Below, one piece after another: positions 8,947-18,405 of a stretch of 64,000 nt of DNA (position 1 is its first letter; each line of letters begins with the position of its first letter). This DNA is from a virus (lineage: Duplodnaviria; Caudoviricetes), in IMG/VR virus record IMGVR_UViG_3300029305_004466. One strand, written 5' to 3'. The notes beneath the pieces are model-generated. The model saw nothing but the letters and a program-made list of their open reading frames with translations. It made no database searches and had not been told where the DNA came from. Made by a program: the position numbers and the translations under genes.

Positions 8947-9562
8947 TAGCGATACAGTTATTAGTTATGTTATCTAAATAGCTTTTCGCAATCATGTAAT
9001 AATTATCGAACTTGTTAAAATCGAACTCTCTATCTTCGATATTATCTTTTATTGCTTCGAACATAAACATTACTGTATCTAATCCGTATTTGCCTATATA
9101 ATGATTTAACAATCCCTTGATTCTTGATTGTTGCCACTGGTAGGTATTGGTATACCCAAGTGATAACAAGTAATTATAAACTTCATCCATGGTATAGCTT
9201 GCGGCTATTTCTACGAAATATTCCTGTTTGGTGCTAATCATGGTCCCTGTATTATAATCTACATCAACTTTAGCTGGTTCTGGTTGTATCCTTAATTCTT
9301 TATGATAATACATCTGTCCTTGTTTTATTAAGTTAGCATGATAGGATGTGTATTTCATAATGTCGGCTATTTTAAAGTTAGTTCTGTTATTTACATTACT
9401 AAGTAAGATATTCTTACATTCTTTAAATGTGTAGCCACTATTAAGAACATATGAGAGCTTATCAACAATGTTTTTAAGCTCCTCTTTATTTACTGGTCTG
9501 CCAACATATAGCATACTGTAGAGTGCCGCTAAGTCATATACAGAACCTTTGTTGATTAGCAC
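8900..9562 (-). CDS. Hypothetical protein in replication operon
   Basis: ORF coupled to both neighbours; no recognised motif. Confidence 0.65.
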   Translation of the reverse strand: MLINKGSVYDLAALYSMLYVGRPVNKEELKNIVDKLSYVLNSGYTFKECKNILLSNVNNRTNFKIADIMKYTSYHANLIKQGQMYYHKELRIQPEPAKVDVDYNTGTMISTKQEYFVEIAASYTMDEVYNYLLSLGYTNTYQWQQSRIKGLLNHYIGKYGLDTVMFMFEAIKDNIEDREFDFNKFDNYYMIAKSYLDNITNNCIANGGDKIETRKRQCFI

Positions 9563-10326
9563 GGAGATTTTCCCACTGATTTAGTCCATTCGATAAATGA
9601 ATCTATGTTGCTAGGGTTTAAATCTGTTTTCTTAGAAAACTTATTGTTCCATGCGTTTATGTAGTTACAAAGTACCGCATCATCTGTTATACCCATTTGT
9701 TGTTTGAAGTTGTTAATTGCTTGTATCTGTTCTTGCGTAAAACCATTTATTGTGTTTTGCGGTTGAACAGGTGTAGGAGCAGCTTGTTGTATTGGAGCAT
9801 TTCCCGATAATAATTTATCTAATTCGTTTGAATCTAAAGCAAAATCTTCAAAAGGAAGTTCTTCTCTAGGGTCATTATTCAATTGTTCTGCTGTAGTTAC
9901 TGGAGTGCTTATAGCACCAGTCTCTTGAAGCATATTTAAAATATCTTCTTGAGTTGCAGGTTGTGGTGTTGTTGTAGGAATTAGTTGTGGAACTGGCTGT
10001 GATGCAGGAGCAGTCTTTTGAGCTTCTACTGTTGTTTCATACATAATAGTTTTAACAGCATTATTAATAGCGTATAAGTGAGCGTCAGAAGCATCTGCTG
10101 TTTTATATACATAACGACCATATAAGATGTGTCCCGGTAAGTAGACTCTTACCTCGATTACTGACTGGATATTATCAATTCTTTCATCTCTTGTTGTTTC
10201 CCAAGTATATCTTACCTGTGCTTTTGTAAGTTGTTCGAGTACCATTTTTGGTTTGGTAGTGTCAATAGTTAATTTTGCTGGTTCGCTACATTGACAATAA
10301 ATGTTTACTAAGGTTTCATTTACCAT
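9556..10326 (-). CDS. Hypothetical protein, possibly Rad52/Sak-like ssDNA annealing protein
   Basis: First gene of operon, RBS AAAGGAG; alpha/beta N-terminus plus Pro/Gln-rich linker; family call weak. Confidence 0.5.
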   Translation of the reverse strand: MVNETLVNIYCQCSEPAKLTIDTTKPKMVLEQLTKAQVRYTWETTRDERIDNIQSVIEVRVYLPGHILYGRYVYKTADASDAHLYAINNAVKTIMYETTVEAQKTAPASQPVPQLIPTTTPQPATQEDILNMLQETGAISTPVTTAEQLNNDPREELPFEDFALDSNELDKLLSGNAPIQQAAPTPVQPQNTINGFTQEQIQAINNFKQQMGITDDAVLCNYINAWNNKFSKKTDLNPSNIDSFIEWTKSVGKSPC

Positions 10327-10351
10327 TGTTTTGTTCTCCTTTCATAAAATA

Positions 10352-10406
10352 AAGATTAGGTGTAACCTTGTATTACAATATTACACCTAATCTTCCATGT
10401 TGTCAA
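10352..10406 (-). promoter_or_regulatory. sigmaA promoter overlapped by a 14-bp perfect inverted repeat
   Basis: - strand TTGACA (10406-10401), 17 nt, TAATAT (10383-10378); AAGATTAGGTGTAA 10352-10365 / TTACACCTAATCTT 10381-10394. Confidence 0.8.
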
Positions 10407-10422
10407 CATATTTTTTTATTTT

Positions 10423-11685
10423 TTATGAAAGTTTATATTGAACCATGCATTTGCTAATATTTGGAGTATCTTGAACTCCCTCTATTGTGAACCGTACCAT
10501 AAGTTTATGTCCATTTAATATAAATGGGAGTGAGTCTGAAATTTTGTGGGTATTTCCACTTGCATCATAATAATAATACTCTTTATAAATATTTTCAAGT
10601 ACTGATGCATCAATTTCATTATTACATAAAACTTCAGCTCCATAAATCTTAATGTTATTGTTAATTTCTGGAAATTCGAACACCATATCGAACTCACTAT
10701 GGTCTCTTGTATATCTATTATAATTTATATCTAAATCTCTAATGCCAAGATACCAAATACGTCTATCAGTTTGTGCATCGTATTCAAAGTTACGTTGACG
10801 AAGCTTAATCCTAATCTGATTTGTCTGTATTGGTTTGAAATTTAATTTTATCTTAGGGGAATCCTTAATAACACCTCTTGTTGATTTATTACCAAAGACA
10901 TCTTCATACTCTTCTTCAGAGTAGCATGAATGATATTCCATCCCCGGAATTGGTTGCCATGCTCCATTGGTCTTATAATCTACTCCAAGAACATCGGTAT
11001 AACCATTTGGATAAGGCGATAATATAATCTGATTAATTAAACGAGAAGTTACAATGTCCTCAGGAAGCCCTATAATGACCTCATTTTCAACGCTTTCAAT
11101 TGCAGTGTCTGTAACTATGCGTCTGAACCAAACAGTGCTTAAATTGCCGTCTAGTGCGTTTTTAGGGTCACTATCTTCTATCAATAAGATATGTTCGTTA
11201 TCTGTATTAAAAGAATCTGGACCGATATACATTTTTAAGCTTGGTGGGATTAACATTTCATCATATGTTTCATCATGTAATCGTGTCTTACTTACAGAGC
11301 TTGCAATATTAGCAATAATGTCATTGGTATTCTTATCAACAACAGCTGCATAAGGACTTAAATCATCAACAATTGCATTTAATGCATGAACTGTAATGGT
11401 TCTAAGGTCATCATGAGATAATAATAAATTATTGTATTGTTCTTCTATTGCAGATAATCTTGCCAATGTTTCATTAAGGCGTTTAGAACAACAAACAGAT
11501 TCTATGTTTGTTACGGTATTCATTTCATATATTTCTTTTTGTAACGTATTTGCTTTATTAAACAAATCAAGAATATCGTTGAATACCTGTTCTTGCATTG
11601 TATTTAACTTATGACTATCACTGATTTCTCTTGTTTTAAACTGATTTTCTTGTACTGAAGGTATATTTTTTACTTGTAAGTCCAT
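10423..11685 (-). CDS. Virion structural protein (coiled coil + discoidin-like domain)
   Basis: NALDGNLSTVW motif; last gene of structural module. Confidence 0.6.
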   Translation of the reverse strand: MDLQVKNIPSVQENQFKTREISDSHKLNTMQEQVFNDILDLFNKANTLQKEIYEMNTVTNIESVCCSKRLNETLARLSAIEEQYNNLLLSHDDLRTITVHALNAIVDDLSPYAAVVDKNTNDIIANIASSVSKTRLHDETYDEMLIPPSLKMYIGPDSFNTDNEHILLIEDSDPKNALDGNLSTVWFRRIVTDTAIESVENEVIIGLPEDIVTSRLINQIILSPYPNGYTDVLGVDYKTNGAWQPIPGMEYHSCYSEEEYEDVFGNKSTRGVIKDSPKIKLNFKPIQTNQIRIKLRQRNFEYDAQTDRRIWYLGIRDLDINYNRYTRDHSEFDMVFEFPEINNNIKIYGAEVLCNNEIDASVLENIYKEYYYYDASGNTHKISDSLPFILNGHKLMVRFTIEGVQDTPNISKCMVQYKLS

Positions 11686-11688
11686 GCT

Positions 11689-13362
11689 TTATCCCCTCTC
11701 TTTTAACGAATTAACTTTTCCGTCTATGATATTGCAAGTATTTATAACATTAGCTTCGATGTTTTGAATACTATTAACATCAGAATACATTCTTTTATAA
11801 GATTCTTCAAGCTCATTAAATATATCAAATAACTTATTGATATTATCATAAACAAACTTATTGTAATTTTCATACTTTTCACTTTCCATTGGACCTCTTC
11901 TTCTGTGATTCATTTTGGTCATCTCAGGGTAAGCTAAATCTATTTGAGTAGGGGAATACGAATCTTCAGTAGTATTTTCTGGTTCAACACCTGTAACTAT
12001 AAAAGTACAAGTATTTTCCATATAGGTTAACGTTATTTCGTTAGCACCTATAGTGTTTATATGTGTTTTATCTACTGAGAAATCTGTAATAGTTGTTATA
12101 CTATTGTTGTTCCAGTGTGCTTTACATATAACACGTTCTGGATTAAATGATTTGTTTAATCTTACTGGAGGTCCTATGTATTCTGCTGTAATATAAACAA
12201 TTTCTTTTTCAGGAACAAAACCTTCTACTATAAAGGTAGTAGTTAATGTATCGCCATTATTTGTTGTATAAGTTACAGTAATTATATTGTCTTTTTCAAG
12301 AAGTATGGTTTGCGTATCAAGAGTATAGTATTTGTTATTTAATGTTTCCCAGTATGAATTCTGCCCTATATCGTCACGATAATAAATTTTAACTGTTAAA
12401 TAATCCAGTGAAAAGTTTTTACCGACTTCTACTTTCGGACCATTATAAAATGCATTTAATTGAGTAGGTAATGGAGCGTAATGATTAATAGTTACATTAC
12501 AGGTAAAGCCTAAATAGTAAATTCCTAAAACGCCTTGATTGACTGATGTAATAGTATTTCCATCAGTATATGACCAGTCTGTAACTGTACTGCTATATCC
12601 ATCAGAATAATTTACGGTTACAATAACGTCTTTCTTTTTTGGCTTTTTATTTAAAGCTACTGGTTTACCTACATATTCGGCTTGTATATCGTTTATTTTT
12701 CTTAAACCGTCTATTACAAAATTTGCTGTTAACTCGTTTTCGCCATGATTAACTTTTACAGTAAATACATTTGAACCAAAAGAACTAACAACGTTAGAAA
12801 CATTTCCATCAGAATTTAGAACCGTATAATTACCAGAAATGATTTCTACTTTATTGCCATCGTCATAATAACCAGTTACTGTTAAGTATTCTTGGTTAAA
12901 TTCTTCTCCTACGGTTACAGCCGGACCATCGTATGATACAAGTATTATTGTCATAGGTTTAAGTGCTTTATCATCTTTCAAGACAACTAAATATCTTGAA
13001 AGATTTTCTCCTAAAGCATCATTATAACAAACGACACAGCTTTCAGTGAGCACCAATGGCGTACTGTAAAACAGAGCTCCTGTATTTTCAGCCATATCTT
13101 TTCTCATCTCAGCTACTGTATCTACAAAATTTGTATTTATCTGTTCAATGGTTTTTAATCCATAGTCTGAGAATTTTCTTATTTTGTAATTAACACCATG
13201 TATATAATCATCTGTTGTAGGATTTTGGAACTGTAACTCAACATTAGTATACCAGATATCAATACCATTAAGATTGGTTACAGGAGTGGAATAGTTATAT
13301 TCATCTGTTGGAACGATATAACCTTCAAGTCTATACCAATTTTGACTATCTACTCTTACCAT
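11689..13362 (-). CDS. Structural protein with about 4 bacterial Ig-like repeats
   Basis: Repeated Y.G..V.VG..F....L.V...Y.DG units. Confidence 0.7.
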   Translation of the reverse strand: MVRVDSQNWYRLEGYIVPTDEYNYSTPVTNLNGIDIWYTNVELQFQNPTTDDYIHGVNYKIRKFSDYGLKTIEQINTNFVDTVAEMRKDMAENTGALFYSTPLVLTESCVVCYNDALGENLSRYLVVLKDDKALKPMTIILVSYDGPAVTVGEEFNQEYLTVTGYYDDGNKVEIISGNYTVLNSDGNVSNVVSSFGSNVFTVKVNHGENELTANFVIDGLRKINDIQAEYVGKPVALNKKPKKKDVIVTVNYSDGYSSTVTDWSYTDGNTITSVNQGVLGIYYLGFTCNVTINHYAPLPTQLNAFYNGPKVEVGKNFSLDYLTVKIYYRDDIGQNSYWETLNNKYYTLDTQTILLEKDNIITVTYTTNNGDTLTTTFIVEGFVPEKEIVYITAEYIGPPVRLNKSFNPERVICKAHWNNNSITTITDFSVDKTHINTIGANEITLTYMENTCTFIVTGVEPENTTEDSYSPTQIDLAYPEMTKMNHRRRGPMESEKYENYNKFVYDNINKLFDIFNELEESYKRMYSDVNSIQNIEANVINTCNIIDGKVNSLKERG

Positions 13363-13372
13363 ATATATCTAC

Positions 13373-15436
13373 CTACTTTCCTGTAATTCTAAAGTTATCA
13401 ATTTCTGGAGATACATTATTATCGTTACTGTATAATACAGCCATAATTCTAAAGGCTATTTTGTTATTAGAGAAATAATAAGCCATATCTTCTTTTAAAG
13501 AATGGTATTTTAAAAAGTATCCCATGTCTTCTATATATGAATTAACCATATCTTCAGGATTACATTTAACGCAAATATAACCATCTTTGATTGTGTAATA
13601 TCTATAATTTGGTTTCATCTGTTTATCTAACACATGCCAGTTAACATACTTCATTGGCGGGTATGCAAATACGTTATTCGTAATCTCTTTAAAGTTAAGA
13701 TTGTGGTATAAAACTCTTACAGCATCTCCTGTAGCAGGGGAATAAATCGCTATCTGAATTTTGTTAACGCCTTTCTTAAGAGCAAAGCTATAAAGGTTTT
13801 CGTCATTATTGCCTGTTTTAGATATTTCAAGACCGTTAATGAATACCTTTTGCTGAGTACCGCTTATAATTCCATTATAGGATACATCCATTACTTTGAT
13901 GTATTTATTATAGATATTAGCAGCTTGTTCAAGAGATACATACTGTGTAAATACATATAATGTATTTGGATGCATCTTAAAGTTTGTATAGTTTTCACAG
14001 TCCATAAAAAGTTGGTCTTCAGTGCAATCTTTAGTGAACTCTGTAAAGTCAAAAGAATTAAAGTCAAAAGTTGCGGAGTCTGTAAGACCGTTTTTCTTTT
14101 GATATCTTATAACAGACCACATATTATACCCTGCTGTTATTTTAATACTATTTTTATTAACAGTCTCAGGTATTTTATATAATTTATATAATTCATCTGC
14201 AACAATATCCATATCACCAAAATTATCTGTTGTTTCTAAATGGTAATTTAATATCTTGTTTCTTTCTTCAAACATAAATAATTTATGCTCTTTATGATTT
14301 TGAATAACATCCCAACCTATTTTAGATTCTCCATTATCAAATCCTATAAAGTAATCTATTCTTGTGTTGCTATATATTTTATCAGAAGCATCTAATCTAA
14401 TGGAATTTACCAAATTATCAAATTCTATTTTCTTTGAAACAAATATGGACTTTGCCTCAAATGTCTCTAATGCCACAGAGATATTCTTTAAAATATAATA
14501 ATATTCATAATACTTGCGATTGTCATCTGTTAATCCGTATCCATCTGCTTCGGTTTTAATGATGTTGATTTTTATATACTGTATAGTCTTTACTGGGAAG
14601 TTCCACTCCATAAGATTATTGCCAGTTATATCATGAACGTTAATATAGTTTTCTCCATCTTCAGACAAGCTGAGCTCGCATCTTATCTTTCTTGATGAAG
14701 TAAAACTAAATAATACAGTATTGATATCCATCTGCTTTTTTAAATCTATAATTATGGAAACAGTTTTTTCTTCATTATTTTCGCTCTTTCCGATTAGAGT
14801 ATAAAAAGAATCAATGGTATCAGTCAGAATATTATTTAATTCACCTTCTGTTTGCTGGTTCTTAAAAACATTCTTCGAAATACTAATATTAGCATTTGAA
14901 ATATTTATTTTATTTGTTTTAGAACTTGATTTTTCTGTATGTAATTTTTTCTGTAATAAGTTAACAAAGGCTGTTGTATATGGGATATTTCTTTTAACAT
15001 CTCCATAGTATTCAACATCATATAAATCATCAAAAACTTGAACGTATTGCTTTCCTGCAATGCTGGAATTCATTATTTCTTTTATGTTTTCTACCCGCAG
15101 GGCTAATTTTTGTATTGCATTTGTTATCTTTGTTTTTTCTGTATCGTAATACTCTTGAATAGCTACAGCTTTATTATTTGCCTCGATGTTGGCGTTATAC
15201 ATGGTTTCCATGTCTTCACCAAGAGATTCAAATGTATGATTGTAAGCTTCTTTGTTTGAAACTTCATAAGGTTCCTGTTTTATAGGAGCATAGTATGGCA
15301 TACCAAGAGTTTTGTTTTCAAAGAAATTTGACAGTAAATTATTAAGTTCATAATTATTTGGTCTTATACCTTTTTTGAGGAGTCCTTGTTTGAACTCCTC
15401 TTTTTTGGCATTATACTGGATTTTACTAATACTCAA
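13373..15436 (-). CDS. Virion structural protein (paralogous family)
   Basis: Coiled-coil N-terminus, beta-rich body, C-terminal SPEIDNFRI. Confidence 0.6.
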   Translation of the reverse strand: MSISKIQYNAKKEEFKQGLLKKGIRPNNYELNNLLSNFFENKTLGMPYYAPIKQEPYEVSNKEAYNHTFESLGEDMETMYNANIEANNKAVAIQEYYDTEKTKITNAIQKLALRVENIKEIMNSSIAGKQYVQVFDDLYDVEYYGDVKRNIPYTTAFVNLLQKKLHTEKSSSKTNKINISNANISISKNVFKNQQTEGELNNILTDTIDSFYTLIGKSENNEEKTVSIIIDLKKQMDINTVLFSFTSSRKIRCELSLSEDGENYINVHDITGNNLMEWNFPVKTIQYIKINIIKTEADGYGLTDDNRKYYEYYYILKNISVALETFEAKSIFVSKKIEFDNLVNSIRLDASDKIYSNTRIDYFIGFDNGESKIGWDVIQNHKEHKLFMFEERNKILNYHLETTDNFGDMDIVADELYKLYKIPETVNKNSIKITAGYNMWSVIRYQKKNGLTDSATFDFNSFDFTEFTKDCTEDQLFMDCENYTNFKMHPNTLYVFTQYVSLEQAANIYNKYIKVMDVSYNGIISGTQQKVFINGLEISKTGNNDENLYSFALKKGVNKIQIAIYSPATGDAVRVLYHNLNFKEITNNVFAYPPMKYVNWHVLDKQMKPNYRYYTIKDGYICVKCNPEDMVNSYIEDMGYFLKYHSLKEDMAYYFSNNKIAFRIMAVLYSNDNNVSPEIDNFRITGK

Positions 15437-17204
15437 TGTTTTCCCCTCCAGTTTCTACGATTAATCTGTATTGATAAACTACTGGTGTGCTGTACTCAGC
15501 GTTATTCACCTTCGGTCTTTCCATTGTTATTTTTAACTGGAAAGAATGTGCGTCTGATAACAGACTAATATTTTTACTCTTTCTTTCTTTATCGTCAACT
15601 GTAGTTAATAAATTTGAAATGGTATCTGTGTTAATGGTATATCTGTAAACGCCCTGATAAGCTCTGTGTGTTGGATATATCTGATGCCAGTTTACTCCAC
15701 CATCAAAAGTAATGTAATATTTTAAAATCTCTGGGTTATCCCCCGGAATATATTCTTTAGCGTCTAATGATATTGCAGTAATACATTCATCTGTTGTGTA
15801 TGGATTACTGATAAATTCTCCATATTCTCTAAAGTTAAAACTATCAATATCTACGTTTTTAATACCAATCATATAGCGATTAGCATTAATAATTTCTTGA
15901 CCAGCTTTTCTGTCTATGGTGCTATTCGGTAATGTAAACAGTTTATCCTTTGCAAAAGAATCGCTAGGATATTCCGCTTTAGAATTATTATATTTTAGCC
16001 ATTGTGTAGAAGGGTCATATTTTACACCGAGTAGATTAACTGAAGGCTGTGGACCCTCTATTCTTGAATATATGTTACTGGTATCATAGTCTTGGAATAT
16101 GGACATTGATTTACTGTTTACTTTTGAATAATAGTAATGTCCTACTTTTGTATCATACCATGAATTTTGCACCAGTGTTAATTCAATTCTTTGAATATAA
16201 TCAGCAGGAAAGAGTAAAATCTTTGTGCCATCAAATGATTCATTGATAGCTGCTTGATATACATTATTATTGGCTGTTATAATATTACACTTTTCTATAA
16301 TGGAGTTTTTCACTCCTTTTATTTCAGATAAGTAAGGTTTTAAACTTATCCAGCTACAAATGTCTGAAGAATTCGTATAGATGATAAGTTTTAATTTTAA
16401 AGGCCCTTCTCCTGTCCAGCTTACGCCTTCGGAATATTCAAAACCATAGTTATTGCATTCCTGTCTTACTGATTCAGGAATTGTAAATAACTCATACTCA
16501 AACCATGTATCAAGACTACCATCATGGATTGCTTTTATTTTATTATGTAATCCGTCTTGTCCTATGAAGTGCAAATCTTTATTTAAAGTATCTACACAAT
16601 GAGTGTTCCCCGGAAAACCGTTGCTTTCATTTTCATCTATTTCAACATTGAGTATTTTTAATTTATTATTTGTTTCGTATGGCAAAGTAAGAATTCCATC
16701 AGAGCTGTGTATTGCACATACATGTTTATGATGTTTATTACCTGCGGCATCTATATTATTAAACAACTCTGTAAATACAATAGTTCCAGAGTTTTTATTT
16801 AATTCCATGTTCTGCATAATGTTATCCACTTGCTGTGTTAAATATGAAATCTCATTTGACATCATAATACGATTTAACTCAGCATCCATGAAAGACTGTT
16901 TAACATTAGAGGATAAAGACAGGCAATCGTTAACAATATATTGCATATCATTATATGCTTCAGTAATCATTGAATTATAATCGTCAGAAACAGGTGCAAA
17001 AACGGCAGGTCTAAACTTAAAGCTAGGCTTGTTCAAACTGTTATAGAAATCTGTTATTACACTCTTCACTCTATAATAGTATTCTGTTTCAGTTCTTATC
17101 TTGCCATTCTTGTAGTCGTTCCAAACGTTATTCAATAACAAGGATAACTTGTTATCTATTGTCTTTGATTTGTCTGTATATTGTAACAGATTGCCCATGT
17201 CCAT
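15426..17204 (-). CDS. Virion structural protein (paralogous family)
   Basis: AIHDGSLDTWF, ITFDGGVNW (Asp-box-like), TPVVYQYRL; start may be 17198. Confidence 0.6.
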   Translation of the reverse strand: MDMGNLLQYTDKSKTIDNKLSLLLNNVWNDYKNGKIRTETEYYYRVKSVITDFYNSLNKPSFKFRPAVFAPVSDDYNSMITEAYNDMQYIVNDCLSLSSNVKQSFMDAELNRIMMSNEISYLTQQVDNIMQNMELNKNSGTIVFTELFNNIDAAGNKHHKHVCAIHSSDGILTLPYETNNKLKILNVEIDENESNGFPGNTHCVDTLNKDLHFIGQDGLHNKIKAIHDGSLDTWFEYELFTIPESVRQECNNYGFEYSEGVSWTGEGPLKLKLIIYTNSSDICSWISLKPYLSEIKGVKNSIIEKCNIITANNNVYQAAINESFDGTKILLFPADYIQRIELTLVQNSWYDTKVGHYYYSKVNSKSMSIFQDYDTSNIYSRIEGPQPSVNLLGVKYDPSTQWLKYNNSKAEYPSDSFAKDKLFTLPNSTIDRKAGQEIINANRYMIGIKNVDIDSFNFREYGEFISNPYTTDECITAISLDAKEYIPGDNPEILKYYITFDGGVNWHQIYPTHRAYQGVYRYTINTDTISNLLTTVDDKERKSKNISLLSDAHSFQLKITMERPKVNNAEYSTPVVYQYRLIVETGGENIEY

Positions 17205-17210
17205 TCTCCT

Positions 17211-17489
17211 TTATTTGTTTAAGATAACTATTGCTTTTGCCAATACAATGAGTACTCTCTGTTTGTATATCATACATGCATTCATTATACAATCAGTTAA
17301 ACTAACTGATAACAGATACCCTTCTGCTAATCCAATGGCTTTTCTTAATTTTTCTTCGTCAACCGAATCATTATTATCAAAACCATTATCCATTATTAGC
17401 ACCGCATTGTCAATTTCTTCTCTGTTAATGTATTTTCCTAATTCTTCAGTAAAAAGTGTTTCCAATGCCTCTCTGGTTGTTACCTTCAT
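17211..17489 (-). CDS. Hypothetical protein
   Basis: RBS AAGGTGA; in operon. Confidence 0.65.
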   Translation of the reverse strand: MKVTTREALETLFTEELGKYINREEIDNAVLIMDNGFDNNDSVDEEKLRKAIGLAEGYLLSVSLTDCIMNACMIYKQRVLIVLAKAIVILNK

Positions 17490-17512
17490 TACATCACCTT
17501 TATTAAATTATT

Positions 17513-17812
17513 TTATTCAGTCGTGGTATCAAGTAAAGACTGTAACTTTTTCTGTACCGCAGCCTGAACAAACTTAGCCCAATCGTTAGTATTTCTCATA
17601 CCTACGTCTGTGAATTTATCCATCTCTAATTGAGATAATTCATCGTAAACCATATTACCGATTTCTAATGGTTCAAGACCTTTTTCCATACCTTCTAAGA
17701 TAGAACGAATAGGAAAAGTTTTAGTCTGAGTTAAGACATCCTGAGGGAGAACTTCACTTGGAATATTCATTAACTCCTGCTTTGTAGTATCTGTTAATGT
17801 ATACTGTGCCAT
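17513..17812 (-). CDS. Hypothetical protein
   Basis: RBS GGAGG; TAATG coupling. Confidence 0.7.
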   Translation of the reverse strand: MAQYTLTDTTKQELMNIPSEVLPQDVLTQTKTFPIRSILEGMEKGLEPLEIGNMVYDELSQLEMDKFTDVGMRNTNDWAKFVQAAVQKKLQSLLDTTTE

Positions 17813-18138
17813 TATTCATTACCTCCTGTTTCTTCAGTGGCTTCGGTAGTTGCTACTGAATCCTTATAAGAATTGATTAACTTTCTAACTTCATGCATTG
17901 CCATTGCAACGTAGTTGTTGGTAATAGCTTTTAAACCAACAGTCTGTAAGGAATAGAATTCCTTATCGGCTTTCTGTAAATAAGTATGCATATCATATAA
18001 TACATTTTCATCACATGTGCCGTCTTCTTTGATTGCTTTACAGATTTCGTTGCTTACATGAGTTAATTCCTGTGTTGGAATATAATCATATAAGTATTCC
18101 TGTAATTTTTCACGAATAGCTAATTTTAATTTTTCCAT
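17812..18138 (-). CDS. Hypothetical protein
   Basis: RBS AGGAG. Confidence 0.7.
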   Translation of the reverse strand: MEKLKLAIREKLQEYLYDYIPTQELTHVSNEICKAIKEDGTCDENVLYDMHTYLQKADKEFYSLQTVGLKAITNNYVAMAMHEVRKLINSYKDSVATTEATEETGGNE

Positions 18139-18150
18139 AATTCTGCTCCT

Positions 18151-18390
18151 TTACATAAATCCTTTTGCGATTTTCTTTGCTACATCAGAAGCCATTGTTG
18201 GACCTCCGAGTTTATATCCTCCGTATGCTAATGCACCACCGATACCTGCTGCTGCGGTTGCGTTCAAAGTAGTTCCTATGAGCCCCCTGTTTTCTTGTCC
18301 AGAAGTATATAAACTACCAAGTGGCAAACCAACAGCCATGGCTGCTCCACCATAGCCTAACGCTTTTCCTAATGTTGGATGAATATTCAT
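18151..18390 (-). CDS. Small Gly/Ala-rich hydrophobic (glycine-zipper) protein
   Basis: Two GxxxG-rich hydrophobic helices; RBS AAGGAG. Confidence 0.7.
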   Translation of the reverse strand: MNIHPTLGKALGYGGAAMAVGLPLGSLYTSGQENRGLIGTTLNATAAAGIGGALAYGGYKLGGPTMASDVAKKIAKGFM

Positions 18391-18405
18391 GGTTCATACT
18401 CCTTT

